A stretch of 64,000 nucleotides of DNA from Trichosphaerium sp. ATCC 40318 (taxonomy: Eukaryota > Protista > Tubulinea). This document shows positions 27,548-41,700 of this stretch, in pieces. Both the position numbers and the translations under genes were made by a program. Location: assembly GCA_038496445.1 (NCBI GenBank), contig JALMLS010000255.1, positions 578,679-642,678 on the forward strand, read 5' to 3'. The first letter of the stretch is position 1. The number at the start of each line of letters is the position of its first letter. The notes under the pieces were generated by a model that worked only from the letters and a program-made list of their open reading frames with translations, was not told where the DNA came from and made no database searches.

Positions 27548-29495
27548 CTAAACAAATTTGCGAAAGGATTCGGATTGCTTTTCACAGCTCGCTAACTGAG
27601 ATAAGTAAACAATAAACTTAGAAAAAGCGTACAATAAGACCTTCAAAACCTTGCCACGTGCCAATGACCATAGCAACAACACCAAGAGCAATAACAAGAG
27701 TATGCAGAACACATCTAAAAATAGATATATTCTTTGAAGCAATCTTCCAGTGAAACAAGACTGGGAATATCTACCATCAAGTTAAAACACTGTATTCATA
27801 ATTTTCACTCTTACAAACAATCCAGGTACTCCAAAAGTTGCAGTTAGTAATGACATAAGAGGCAGAAAATACGGTAACTAAATAAGAGCGTCAGGCATCA
27901 ATTTTTATAAGTCGACGAAGCAAGGAATATTCTTTCGTACGCCAAGTCCTACAATGACGAATAATATCATCAATATAACACGTGTCATGCCTCTCTTATA
28001 AAACGTATTGCTCAACCCTGTTTGATGCTCAAGCTACAAAGAACTTAAGTGAGTAGCACTATACAAGCGGGTAAAACAAAATTATACTTACAAACGAAGC
28101 CAAAGCTGTCATGAAAATTGGAAAAGCTGACATTAAGTGAACCACAAGCAAACCATTACATATATCAACAACAACCTAGTAACAAGGTTAACAAAGTGTG
28201 TTTGATGTAACCTGTTTCAACAGTCAAAAAAATAAAACCTTGTATTTGGAGAACATCTTAATACTATCAAGTAAGTTATCAACATGCGGTGAATTCAAGT
28301 TATGTCCGTAAGTGAAGTAACCTATTGCTGCAACCGGGAAGTACATAACTAAAATATATGTTAACAAAAAATTAGAAATAAAAAAACCCGCACGTGATAC
28401 AGTTGTAAAGCCAACAATTACAGTCATATCCCAATCTTTCTTGTCTTTTAATTCTACCCAATAATTTGGAAACTAGATGATCATGAACAGTACTGTCATG
28501 TTGTATCTACATACCACTGGGATTGATCCATAGGCAAATAGAAATATATTAAATCCTATAGCAATAGTATCCCATTTAACTGGATCATGGTACATACCAT
28601 TCTCCCTCGATGTAATAAAATAATCATCCGAAGTATAAAATATCATAGGTAATATAATACTGACGATTGCAACGACTATATCCATGTTAGATGCCGACCA
28701 CATACTTCAACTATACCCATAGTAGATCCAGAAGCTAAATAGCTACCATAGAAGTCAAAAGAGCTTTATACAATAGTGTACCTTGTCCATTTGACTTCAC
28801 CAAATGTTTGTGTCAATACAATAACAGGTGTCAAAAGTATACCAGCAAGAAGAGTCCAAAAGCCATCTGGAACTGTAGGTACAATACTATGCATAAGATC
28901 ACCTATTACTTAATCAATAAACAATACATTAGAACCATTTAGGTGCCTGTCAACACAAGGAATATGATACCAACGCCGCCAAGCGTCACATAAACAGTAA
29001 TCCACGTGAGTAATTTTCCCGTGAAACCGAATGCGTATTGACCAATATCACCGTACCTAAATACCATTTGGTTCAGCTCTAGGACTAAGTACGACTAGTA
29101 CTTGCTCTCTAAGAGGTGCTCCTTCCATAACCATAATCTCCATTGTGTCACCAAGGCTCATACCAGCGTACGTCGTAACAACGACGACAACAAACAACAT
29201 GACAATACCAACCCATCCAGAGCTATCTACAGCCGCGGGTAACCCAAGCTAACAGTACTTTAAAGAGTATACCCGAAATAACTCTTGTCGTACAAGTCCA
29301 GCGCCAGCAGTGGCGCCTACGATCAAGCTACTAGTAGAAAACCTAATCAAGTTAGAGCGAGAGCCAGCTAGACTGCTTTTCGTTTAATAGAGCGTACCAT
29401 GCGTTTTTACCTATTGTACCAGTATTGTAGCCTTCTATAGTCGGTATATCAGCTTGTATGCGTTCTTTAGTAGACACCGTTGACATTTCCAGCAT
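27548..29495 (-). CDS. Amino acid transporter (AAAP/Aa_trans family)
   Basis: GAGLLGLPAA..SGW, YGDIGQYAFG, FAYG...VFP and IGYFTYG; multiple TM segments. Confidence 0.88.
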
Positions 29496-29605
29496 ATTTT
29501 TCTACGCATGTCACGTGCTTTGACTTTTTTTTGCCATAATGACCAAAAACAAAAACAGGCTTGTTTATACAACTTACATGCCTGTAGAATAATAAGGCTA
29601 CCCAT

Positions 29606-30046
29606 ATGACGTTAGAGATGTATTTACTGATCTATGGCTGTATTATAATACTGACCATTACAGCATACCTTACCTGTACTATAGAGCCATGGTTTAAATT
29701 AAAACATGAAGATTGCTATCTGTTGCATCTTCCAGTTGAGATTCAGCTCGATATTATTGATCTAGACTCATCCACGTATTTAAATTTTATATGGCCATTA
29801 CTTTCAAAGCAGACAGCGATGGTGACGAGATTTGATAGTAGCATGAAGAAGCATGGGAAATGGCAGAGAAGAACAATAGATAACCACCTTGTTTGGCAGG
29901 AATATTGGAAACATGGTAAACAACACGGATACTGCAAACGTTGGCACCGCAATGGCAGGTTACAGGAGCAACGTGATTATATCAATGGCATAATGGTAGA
30001 GCACAAAAATTGGAATGATAAGGGACAGTTATGGTTTAAGTACTAG
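29606..30046 (+). CDS. F-box-like plus MORN-variant repeat protein with hydrophobic N-terminus; intronless
   Basis: LLHLPVEIQLDI..WPLLSK, then KHGKW, QHGYCKRWHRNGRL; same family as 1-1841. Confidence 0.75.
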   Translation: MTLEMYLLIYGCIIILTITAYLTCTIEPWFKLKHEDCYLLHLPVEIQLDIIDLDSSTYLNFIWPLLSKQTAMVTRFDSSMKKHGKWQRRTIDNHLVWQEYWKHGKQHGYCKRWHRNGRLQEQRDYINGIMVEHKNWNDKGQLWFKY

Positions 30047-30174
30047 TACTTTGATGCTATTTGCGACTGAGAGAAGACAAGCCTCGTACATGAGATGGGG
30101 TTTTTGAATGTGATTTGTAACCGGCGTGTTAACCACAAACATATTTCGCTTAGGTGTTACTTTAGTTCTTATTT

Positions 30175-33100
30175 TTACTCCTTTTTCTCTTGTTTATCCT
30201 TTTCATACTCTTTATCAAGTACTTTTTGAGCCAATACACACTTATCAGTGTTGTTCTGCTTCTCGGGAATAGTAAACTCGTGATCCATGTACCACCTAAA
30301 CAAATCAACTGTAAGCAATAAAACAAAGCAAAGACCGAATTGTACATTTGTTTAATATGCTCAGAAACGTCATTAGCTGTGTCTTTCAAGACAACAATAT
30401 CGCGTAGCGTTTGTCCTTTATGAGGAACATCTGAAAGGATATCCAAGAATGACTCTGTAGTAGATGGTTTGTCAATCACAATCTTTTCAATGAATGACAA
30501 AGGTACAAATGAAGGCAAGTGCACTTCGATTTGAGTGTGGCCGTTTGTGTTTAGATAAGCCTCAATTATATCGTGAGCTGTTGGGTTTTTAATAATAGGA
30601 TGAGGTTCAGAATATTTATCAGGTGATACTTTGTCGCCCAGCATTAGTTTCATTGAGCATTCAATATCCATTGCTAGAACTTCCTTCCATTTCTCTTCTG
30701 AAACGTGTAACAAGTCTCTATGATTTAAGAAAACAGCCTTCGCAACAGTTTATTGAGGTGGAACAACAACAAAGTTCGTACCTCTGCCTTTTGACTTCTT
30801 TGTATAGTGTCATCCTATTTGATACATTTAGCTTAAAGTCTATATGTATTCTACAACGGACCTTAGTAGACCAAGGTCTTCTGTTACTAAGAATGGATGG
30901 AGTGTAGTAGTAAATACTCGACATTGGAGACATGTTGCAATCCAAGTGCTTCAAAATTTCTATGCAAAGTGTCACACTTTATACATCAAAGAAAAATTAG
31001 CAACATGTTACCTTCGTTTAGAACGATGTGTATCGGACCGTATTTGTCAAAATTGTTGGAGCCATGTGTAGCAAATACGTGCTTGTTTGTACCCATTGTC
31101 TTGTCTTTTATATTACCAAATCCAGGCGTTCTTGCTGTGAGATCTGATAAATATTTTTCACCAATCTCTTCTGAAATATCTGAAAACTAATAAGAAGCAC
31201 TTAACCAGAAACCGTGTACCCCCAAGAAGCGGTATGTAAGATTCTGTTTGTAGCATTTCAACTACTTCCTTTTGAAATCTAAATAAGGTAGTTATATAAG
31301 AGAAGTAAGTTGTTCGGAGCGCTTTTCCGCGAATGTATAATTTGAGAATAAAACATAGTTTCAGTCAAAATAAATCACGTGTTGATAAGAAAATGTGTTA
31401 ATTTGGCCAAGTTTACTCTACGTTCTTGTACTCATACCTTTTCTGTTTACCTGCAACATCTTCACTGATTTGCGAGAAGCGGCCAGATCGCAAAAGAACC
31501 ATAAGGACACAGTAAACAACGTACTTTACAACAAGTTTGTAGCGCTTTTTCTTTTTATCTTTAGACAATTTTTCTTTTGGAGTGTGGAGGGATAATAGTT
31601 TACTGATTTTGTGACTATTAGTAACACGCCTCCATATGTATTTTTTAGGATGTGTAGCAAATCTTTCTGAAAGCAAATCAAATCGGGATCTGAAACCACC
31701 TACAAAAAATATAAAGCTTGTGTGATTTACAGTTTCCTCACCAGAGTTGATGATCCTGATAAAAGTGGATACTGTACATCTATGAACCGGCTTACATTTC
31801 TCAAGGAATGATATTATCTCTTTATTATAACTAATTGCATAGTTGCCTAAGTGTTAAGTAACTTTAGGCATTTATCTGACAAATAGATTAAAATGGTCGT
31901 ACCATTTTTTTCAATAAAGCGGAGTATTCTTCTCTTTAACGATTCTGTATTCTCACTAAAGTTGATACCATAATTTAAACCTCTGACACCACAGCCATCT
32001 TTTCTCATGTACACGTTTAGTTAAAAATGATTTCGGATTTTTTGTGGTTTTTTTTTTTTGGATACCTTTCGCTTTTATACTTGGTGTTTGTATTTCGAAG
32101 ACAGAGCATCTCTGTTCAAGGGCTTTCTTGAACACTTTATATGCAGTATTGTCAAACAATACAATACGAACATGTGATAAATTAAATCCATTTTTTGATG
32201 AAAGACCAAATATAGCATTAAACATAAATCTAGCAACAACCTCAACTGGCCATGAGCTCTCTCCAGTTCCTTGAATCAATTTAGTTAGTTCCCGTATTCT
32301 AATGGCTGACCTATTGCTGGAAAAGACACTGAGTTAAATTCTGCATCCATGCAAGCATGTAACACTTTTGATATCTGTTTGCGAAATGCTAAGTTCTGGT
32401 AGACTTCTGGATTATATTTTGGAGCAAACGCATGAACTATAGCTTCCACTCCTTGTGCTGCAAGGTTTCCACTCGGCGTTATAATACAACCTTATCAGAA
32501 TTAAACAAGTAAATAGGCTAATAATGTTACCTCCACTCTTCAAAGGACCGTTTTCAGTCACATGTACATCACACAGCGGTTGTATTCCAGCCTTGAAAAC
32601 AAAGTAGTTTTAGAACAGTTGAAGAAACACTATACCTTTGATACAATCGCTTTCGCAGAACCTCCTTTATTTTTCATATGTGAGTCGCAAGGGCTCACTA
32701 TTACCTCAGAGCTCTCTGCTGAGATGTCACCAACAACAAGCTCCACTTTGAGAAATAAGAGAGGGAGTAACAACAAAATTGATTTGTACCAGTAACCCCG
32801 TTCTTTGTTCCACCAATTGATTTTGTGATATTCAACGGCCATCTCCGGATGTGCCATGCATACAAAAGGGCAATTGAATGTGATTTCTGTGTTGCAATGA
32901 ATCGTATCTTTCCAACAGACGACTCATCAACTGTACTGAACACCTAAATTGAGTTAATATTAGTAAAAAAACCTGTTCTCACCTCCGTTAGTGCAAGAGC
33001 AAATGCTTTGCTTTCTTCGCTAGAACCACAACGTAACGGTATGCCAAGACTACACATTTGGAAAGACGAAGCTAGCTTCCATATATCCAAAAGTACTTCC

Positions 33101-33593
33101 TCTAGTTGCCTGCAATATCAACGTGTTAAAAGAGAATTTTTTTTTCAATTTCACGTGCTTTCCTTCCGCTGGATTGTAAATTAAAAACCTTTCACAAGAA
33201 TAACCATCCGCTGCACAAGACACAATGCTTCTATTTTCAAGTGCTTCAAGTGCTTTTTTAATGGATCTAGGTTTTATAAGCCCACGTGATCAAAAAATAA
33301 TCACGTCATAATTTTTTCTGGCGTTTTCAGAGGACGTACGAAATACAAGGATAACAGTCTTCAGCGTGTTCCCTCGTTTGTTGTTTGTTGTATTCGGTCA
33401 ATAACCCTTCAGCATCATGTTTTGTGATAACAAGAGCTTCTACTCCTGTATTTTTAAGTCCCCCACATGAATAAACTTGAAGGCGAATGCCTTCCTTAGT
33501 AGTGTGGTTTGCTAGCGGCTTTCCATTGTAATTAACACCAACTAGTACTGGATCTACTTTTGTATCTTCTTCGGTACTGGGTCTATTTCCCAT
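30175..33593 (-). CDS. Macrodomain protein (one degenerate plus one clear macro) with C-terminal putative ADP-ribosyltransferase-fold domain
   Basis: VELVVGDI..SEVIVSP..GGSAKAI, ITPSGNL, IVHAFAP and SVSFPAIGTG. The C-terminal part has VHRC..IINSGGFRS, HVFAT..YG.I.IVL and QIEVHLP..VP...IEKIVI. Confidence 0.8.
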
Positions 33594-34169
33594 CTAGAGA
33601 TATTAAATACTTGTTTAGTTATAAAAGTCACCGCATTTCTCAGATTAATTTTTGTTCTGTCAAACTGGTTAAAGTCTTTGTCTCAGAATAGTTTTCTTGT
33701 TGAAGACCTTACTAGAATGAAAGACTTTCGTTCTTACTACGTAATATAAGAAGCCATAAAGTAGATTCCAAACGGCCCAATTGAAATGTAACTGAGGTGA
33801 AAGACGCCTCAATAATTCCCTACAGTGTATTGGCCACTACTCTTAAATAAGTAAGAAAGTCTTACTTGTTGAAACGCTTTATTGGTGAAACCGTAACCGA
33901 ATAGCTGAAAGGCTCTATTTGTGTTGTTTATTATATTGCAAAAACAGGTGGCGAAACAATTTATTACGTGCTAGTGACATGATGTGCTTCAAAACCCACT
34001 AAGAATAAATCGGGAATAACCTTTATCCTTCACTGGGCGCTGCATAGCTTACCATTGTTCAATAGCGTATTAGTCTGTTTTAGGAATAAGTAATAACCAC
34101 GTAATAAAACCTAAAAAAGTGGCTTAGATTGCCTAACTTGACAACAAACAGTTCTAAACAGTTGAAATC

Positions 34170-36656
34170 ATGGCACAAGTAAAGTCTAGGCAGAAAGTCC
34201 AGGTTATGAAGACTCTAGACGTTCGTAGTAACCTTTAATTTTTATATGCTTCAAAAGCGCGTTTTAACGTTGTTTGCATAGGATGTAGTCGAAAAACCGG
34301 AACCAAACGTTAATACGAGGTATTCAACAATTCATGTTGTTACAAAAGGCTCCACAGGCACGCTATAACGTCAAAACGGCGTCGGAATACAAAATTAGCC
34401 GTTTTATAGTCTTGCATTCACTTTAATCGAACATGGCATCAAAACAGCGTTAAGCGCCTTTTTGAGAGATTTCCGTTGTTAAAACTACGTTATACTAACC
34501 CAAGAGACTAGGCGAAATACGTCTTGCAAAGGATTTACTCACATACAGAAAAGTAGCCATCAAAAGTATAGCTATGACTAGAAAACACAACGGTGAAATA
34601 GAGGGCGAAAGGTATACGCTGTTTGTTATAAGTCAAATGAGAAAAAACCGATTTCCGTTCAATTTAGTTCAACAATTCTAATTTGTCCTAAAACGTACTA
34701 ACTATAGTAATTAGTCAGCTAGTCATTGAATTAGACATATTAAAGCAGTGTAAAACGTGTCCGTACATTATAGAATACTTGAATAGCTATATTGTTGGTG
34801 ACGACCTTTGTATTGTACTGGAGTGGATGAATTTGGTGCGTTTAAAACTATACCTTATTAGGAAAACGCATTAAAACTGAATTCGGTCGTTACGCGTAGT
34901 GTAAAAACCAAAGAAATGATTTGACTTGTTTTTTTTTTCTTTGATTATTTTCGTTCTTCGTTGACTTGTTTCTTTAGTACTCTCTAGCTAAAGTTCTAGA
35001 ACAAAGTAAAAAGCTTAGTATTAAAATATCACAAGAGCCTACGATTGCTTATGTTTGTGAATGTGTACGTGAACTTTAAAACTTCCTTTATTTTTTTTTT
35101 TGGATTTTTTTTACCTAAAAGTTAATTGTTTTCCCCCTTGTAGATCATGATGGCTTTACATTTCTTGCACGACCTTGGAAGAATTCATAGAGATGTGAAG
35201 AGTGATAATGTACTTATTAATAGTGAAGGACGTATCAAAATAAGTACGATAAGAGTGATTAATAATAATTTTGTGTTAATGTACATAAATTTAGCTGATT
35301 TTGGCGGTTCGGCTGAGTACACACTCTCTCGTAAGTTTAGAGATACAATGGCCGGTACTCCGTATTGGATGGCACCAGAGGTAATAAGAAAGTGGTAAGA
35401 ATTTCCTCTAATATCATTTCTATAGGTATGCTCTGGGCTTGAGTACACACGCAAAATTGATATTTGGAGTTTGGGTTGTACTACAAAAGAAGTTGCTGAA
35501 GGTCAGCCTCCTTTTATACAACTTCATCCAGAGGATGCTTTAAAGCAAATTAGTGAAAGTACGATACATTTAAAAACAGTTGAACAATTAACGACAAGAC
35601 TCTTTTGTTAATGATATTTTTAGAGGGCGTTAAGTCTTTAGAAGAACCTGAGAGATGGTCCTTTGAATTCCGTGAATTTTTAGACTTATGTCTTCATAAT
35701 GATCCGGACAAGAGACCAGAGATATCTGAACTTCTAGAGGTACGTCCATAAATGAGAATTAAAGCAAACCTTAAAACTTGTATTCTGATTGATTTTTAAT
35801 GTTTCCTTAGCATCCGTTCATCAAGTTTGCTTGCAGACAGGAGGATTTTGTAAAACTATTATTACCTATTCCACGAGAAGAAAATCACGTTCCACCTGTT
35901 TCTGTTGGACCTATAAGTCCAACAAGTGGTAAACGTGTTACACCCATATATTTAAAGAACGGCTCTGGATATAATAGCGTGATACACGCTAATCCAATAC
36001 AAGAGAATTCTCGGGATGGTTCAGGTTCAAGACGTAGGCCACGCCCTGTACGTCCTAGAAAGACCGGGTTTGTACCTATGGGATCATTGTCTGAGGAAGG
36101 ACAAGGTACAGGAAGAGCAACAAATACATTCTCTCCTTTTCAACCGATAAGTGAGGAACGTGAAGGTATGCTTTGTTTTTTTGGATTGTATTTTGTGTGT
36201 ATGCTTAATGTCAATATTAGGCGCAAGTGCTAGAATGAATGTTATGGAAAAGTTAAAGAAGAAACGTGTTGGTGGCCCACGGCGTTCTGCACGAGGTGTT
36301 CCTCGAAGTACGTTTTGTTAACTCAACTTTTGTGTCATTTTTTTTTGCTAAATGACTTCTTATTAGCTCCACCAAGAGAACATCGTGAGAGATCAGAACC
36401 AAAAGAAAGGCGCAGTGGTATACAGATTGGACAACGTGGTCAACAGAGCAATAATAGTCAATATAGAGTTGAATCAAATAGAACATCAACATCACCATCT
36501 TCAAAACGTGGTACTCAGGACTACACACTATAAGAATCCATAGAACCCTTGAAGAACGGAGGTTCTATTTCAGGTAGGCTTTCATAAACATTATTACCAT
36601 ACTAACACGTGGTTATAGAGATGTTATTCATCGATTTTGGAGTAAAAAAGCGTTAA
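34170..36656 (+). CDS. STE20/PAK-like Ser/Thr protein kinase
   Basis: VAIK, IHRDVKSDN, DFG, GTPYWMAPE, DIWSLG, WSFEFREFL and LLEHPF; low-complexity tail. Confidence 0.92.
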
Positions 36657-36915
36657 GATTGTTTCTCAGAAAACAAAGTAAAATAGGTCGTTCATTTGCG
36701 GCATAAAATGAACAAACGGTGTACGAGAGTATCTTTTTTTGTAGAAAAAAAGGACGTACGCTGTGTTGTAATTGTAGAATAAAAATGCGCAACATATCTG
36801 TTGTGGCTTTCAAATAAAGAAAATACAAAAGTTCATGTGTTGATTTTTATTACTTGTGAGTGTCATGTTTTGTTTTAGCTTGGCATGGCTGGTGGAATAA
36901 AAAGAGCTCTGTTTT

Positions 36916-38465
36916 TTAGACTACGTTGAAGGTATAATTCTTGCCATAATTGGAATCCCAGTACGTTTTAATAGGTGTTGAGTTGAAGAACCACAACTTA
37001 AAAATAAAGGTTAAGCCCGAATTGATTCATTGTAAAAAAAAGGTATGAGACTATTTTCTGTACCTCTATTTTTACAGTTGATTTTGGTATCACCACTGGT
37101 TTCGTGTAATACGATGTTTCACGAGGTGGGCCTTCTCCTAGACAAAATTGAGATGAAACAGATTAAAACTATTTTTTTGCTATTACGTACCTATTTTGTT
37201 CCAGTGGAAGATGTCAAGTTGCTTAGATATTATACTCCCATTAGAAAGAATCAAATTACAACCAGCAAATATATTAACAATATGACCACCTTTATATTGA
37301 TCAACTTGCGGTAAGCGCTTCCTAAAAACAGTATCAGTAAAATTCCAAGTTTTTTTTAATCAAACCTGCAAAACTTGATGATAAACGTGTCACCTCTGTA
37401 TAAACGAACCATATTAATACCTTACTTCTTTCTGTACTTATTATATCCGTACTTTTTTAGGTCTTTCGTTGCCCTATGTGTCCAATATTGCGTAAAAATC
37501 AACATTGATGAATAATAAGGTCTTGCTTCTTCTGCTTTTATCTCAATAAGTCCTAAAAGATCGTTTTAGTACACGTTTATGTCACGTGATATAAATAATT
37601 GTTTTGATAATCACGTGATTACCTGGAAACAAAAAGAGAGATGCACAAATGGGATCATCGTTTCTGTATATATTCCTGAGGTGCGCTGTTACTTCATCTC
37701 TTGTAAGTGTTCCGGTATGTTTGAAATCAAGTAATTCAAATCTTTTCTCAGCTTCTGCTTGGTCTACGCCAAAAACTGTTTGCTGAGCACAAAATTCAGT
37801 CTTATTGATACATCCAGAGTTATCTACATCAAGGCCATTGATGACAATATCAGTGTAATCGCGTCCGACATAACTAAGTCATAGTAAAAAAGTGAGTTAC
37901 AAAAAAAAAAAGTTCTCAGTCACAAGAGCTTATCAACCGTGTTACATATTTTAACGTACGTGTTAAAGAAATGATCATCTAAGAAGACTTTATGAGTTGC
38001 AGGCTCATACCTTAGCACCAGTTAGAAAGACGAATAAAAACAAAACAGAAAAAAAGATTTTCTTTGTCACATTTTGTTGTTGTGATTCTGTCGTTACTTA
38101 CTCTTCCCACGTGACGATATTATCACCGTTCTTATCAGCAATACCTTGTAATGGTTCCCAATAAGAAAGCCAAGTGTTTTTTATTTGCTCAACCTTCTTT
38201 TCGCTTTTAACGCCCAATCTCTGTTTTAAACGATGTATTAGAATATAATTAAACGTTTTAAACTGTTTTCAAGTGACGTTACCGTTGTAATGCGTTTTGC
38301 CATTTGTAAATAATCATTCTTTGATAAATAGCCTATATAGATGATGTTAGGCCTCATTTCATTAACGTTCTTTGGTGTACCGTTATTATCTGTATCTAAA
38401 AAGTTAAATATCTTTCTAGCACGTTGTAGTTGCCACTCTGCCGGTGATACTGGAGGGGAAGCCAT
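36916..38465 (-). CDS. EF-hand (sarcoplasmic Ca-binding/calerythrin-like) protein fused to a C-terminal DUF6209/CBM21-like domain
   Basis: DTDNNGYLSKND, DKNGDNIVTWEE, DVDNSGCINKTE and DFKHTGTLTRDE, then IFTQYW..GDTFII..RLP and ELWFFN..YWDSNYGKNYTF*. Confidence 0.75.
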
Positions 38466-38710
38466 TTTTAGAGGTACAGCACAATGTAAATGACTTTGAG
38501 ACGCACAATATTGACAAGTTAAGCCAGTTTTTTCCGTTGAGCTTAAAATGCCCCGTCACGAAACATGACGTGTCATTATCAAACGGAATGAAAAAAATCA
38601 GCTTTAATGTGAATAGCCACTATTGCTGTCTTTATTGTATGTTATCACATTAGTAACGTATGTGCGAAGACTACATTTGTGATCCACAACGTGAGTGTGT
38701 ACTTACTCAA

Positions 38711-41700
38711 ATGAGGCCCGTTCAATGGATTAATTTCTCACGTGATTTAATCAAGCCATACCGTCAATTTCCTACAAGTACACGATTTTCGGACCGCTCA
38801 ACTCCGTTAAGTTTGATTGTTTAACTTAATGAAGGTGCTTTTTTTAGGTTTCTTTTTGGATTAACGATTTCTGGAGCAGCTTGCATTATGCCTGGCGTAG
38901 TACTACGTACTGTGTTATCGGAGTTAATTGATTAAACCAACTGATCTTTTTGTAGGGATAGTATTCATTATAGCACTGTTTAATATCACATTAATTGATG
39001 CTGTGAGAGATGGCAATAAAATTGTAGTCGGCTTGAGTTACACCAATTTCAGCTCAATCCCATTAATGGTACGAGCTTAAAATGATACTTAAATCCAACT
39101 ATAATAAATAACGCCTTGTTTGGTAGAATATATTCGGCGTTGGTCAGTACAGAGGTATCGAACTTTGGAAAGAAACAGTAAATGCAAGAGGTGGACTATT
39201 AGTAAACGGGAAAAACTACTCTGTAAGTCCTAAATGAGTGATTGTCTACAAGGAGTAATTAATTAATACGAAGATTGAACTCGAAGCATTACAGGATGCC
39301 AGAACTTATAATACTACAGTACCAAACTACAAACTATTAATGGCTGATTCAACTATTGATTTTTTATTTGGTACTCAATCAACATTAGAGCTCTAATGAC
39401 CAACACGTGACTAGGCCCAGTTGGTTCAGCTCTAAGCGTAGCAGTTGCAAAGGAAGTAACAGAACCGGCAAAGCGATTATTGCTAGCTATTTCTGCACCA
39501 ACGAATGAGATTAATGAAGGTCATGAATATGCCTTTAGTGGCGCTCCTTTAGGCGATAGGTACGAACTAGTATTTTATGTGTAGTCAAAACCCTTAGGCT
39601 CGGGCACGTGACGATGCCTTTTCTGAGATCTCACAAAGTTAAAACTATTACTTATATAATCATGGACGAAGATGATGGTCCTGGATGCCGAGGCTTTACG
39701 GAACTAGTACGCGAATCAAACATACTATTTGAACTTTTTAAGTTTTGTTCAGGCTCTTGAAAACGGTGTGAAGACGATTAACATCTTTACAACCGAACCT
39801 CCCGATTCGATAAACAACTTGCATTTAAATAACTGGACAAGGGTGGTAAACGTGCGTACTCCTAGATTCAAAAAGTAAAAACAAATTGACTTTCAATCAA
39901 GAGAGCCATAGAAATAAATGCAGATGTTTTGTTTGTCTGTGGAGCTCAAAATTTAGATAGCCGCAGATGGATAATGGAAAGATTTAAAGAAATGAACTGG
40001 GTTCCAAAAGCCCTCATAGCAATTCCTATTGTGGGTTGGGAGAGCATTAGTCCTGAGCTAACTAGATTTGTTTCCGGCACTAAATCAGTATGGAAGAATT
40101 CGCTCATGAGTATATACTAACGATTCTACAGAACAGTGCCAAGTCAAGGCGAAGAGGTGATTTTTTTGGAACAACAGGCGACTATATTGATAGGTTAACA
40201 GAAGCTTATCCAGCACCACACCCAATAGGGGTTCAGTTTTCTACTTTAGCAACAGCAACAGCTCTCATTCTGGAGAATGCAATTGTGGTAAGCGCTACGT
40301 CTGTTAATTGTTGTTTAAATTATAGAAAGGAAGCTAACAGTCTTGATAATGACAACGTTACATTTGCTATAAAGCTGACTGATTTGAATACATACATTGG
40401 TAGAGTAAGTTACAAAATGTTGTTTTTTTGGTTACCTTAACTTTGCAAAGCTCCGATTTTCGTCAACCAATGGTCAGCTTAATGAAGGCAGTTTTGTACA
40501 GTACATAGACACGGAGGAGGTTGTTGGACCTCTTCTCAGTGCTTCGCATGGCTTCGTGTATCCGATGCCAACGTGGGAAGAAAGAGTATTCGGAGGCGTT
40601 TTTGGTGAGTTTCTTTTCGTGCATTGCTCTGTTTAGTTTATTGTTCAACAGGAGACTCAATATACGAAATTATAGTACTAGTGATAGTGGCTATTGCATT
40701 TATTCTAACCGCAATATTCGGTTTACACATAATTTTGAATAGGAATGAGTACAAGAGTACGAGTGTTTTCTGGTTTTTTTCTTACTGTTGTTTTGTAGGC
40801 TCGTCTCCCGTTTTCGTTATCGGTATCCTAGTAGGAGCTATTTTTATATACATTAGCACTCTGTTTAACACACCCAACAATGCTGAAACATTTGCTTGTC
40901 ATATGCAGAACTGGTTTTTATTTGTAGGCGTTCACATAATGTTTGGGTACCAGCCAGTTTTTTTAATAAAGAATAGTACTAAACAAGCTGTTAGGTGCTT
41001 GTTTGCAAAATCATGGAGGGTTTACCGAATTTTCAGGGTGTCTAAGACACTTCATACTATAGCTATTTCTGATTGGCAAGTTCTTGGATGGGCTGGAGCG
41101 TTTTGTTTCGTCAGTTGTGTATCTTCTTTTTTTTTTTTTATATTGTACCCAACATATTCTGTTGTGTTCTCCTTGACAAATAGATCATGTGCATAGTTTT
41201 TAGCGCTATTATGAAACCATCCGAAATACATATCGTTGATCCTTACAGGGTATCAAAGAACCATTACGAATGTACACTATCTACAGCTTCCAGAGTGGTA
41301 CTTGATATTCAGTATATATCTTTAGTACGTTATGATTCAGCTTTCACGTGTTCTAAATTGCATAGTTGCTTGTTATGGTAATTGGAACAGTTACAGCTGT
41401 ATTAATAAGGAAAGTTCCTCAGCGAGTGTTTTGTGAGAAAAAGGTAAGGTTTATCCGTTTACTTAGAAGTTTCCAAACATTTGTTTAGGTTATTTGCTAT
41501 TCAATCTATAACATGACGCTCTTCATGTCAATAGCGGTCCTAGCAAAGTTCTCAATGGATGAAGATAGTGTAAGAGAACAGAAATACTTGATTCACTCTC
41601 TTTGTGTAATAGCAAGTGCAGGTACAATCAAAGAAACCAAAGGAGCCTACAAGTAATAACTAACCATGATTGTTTGTTTTTTAGGCTTCAGTGTCGCTGC

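Noticed and set aside
31900-31965. Additional in-frame TGAs in the macrodomain gene (also at ~37215 and ~15418 in other genes)
   Set aside because: Alternative GT-AG splice choices give stop-free frames, so they are not evidence of recoding.
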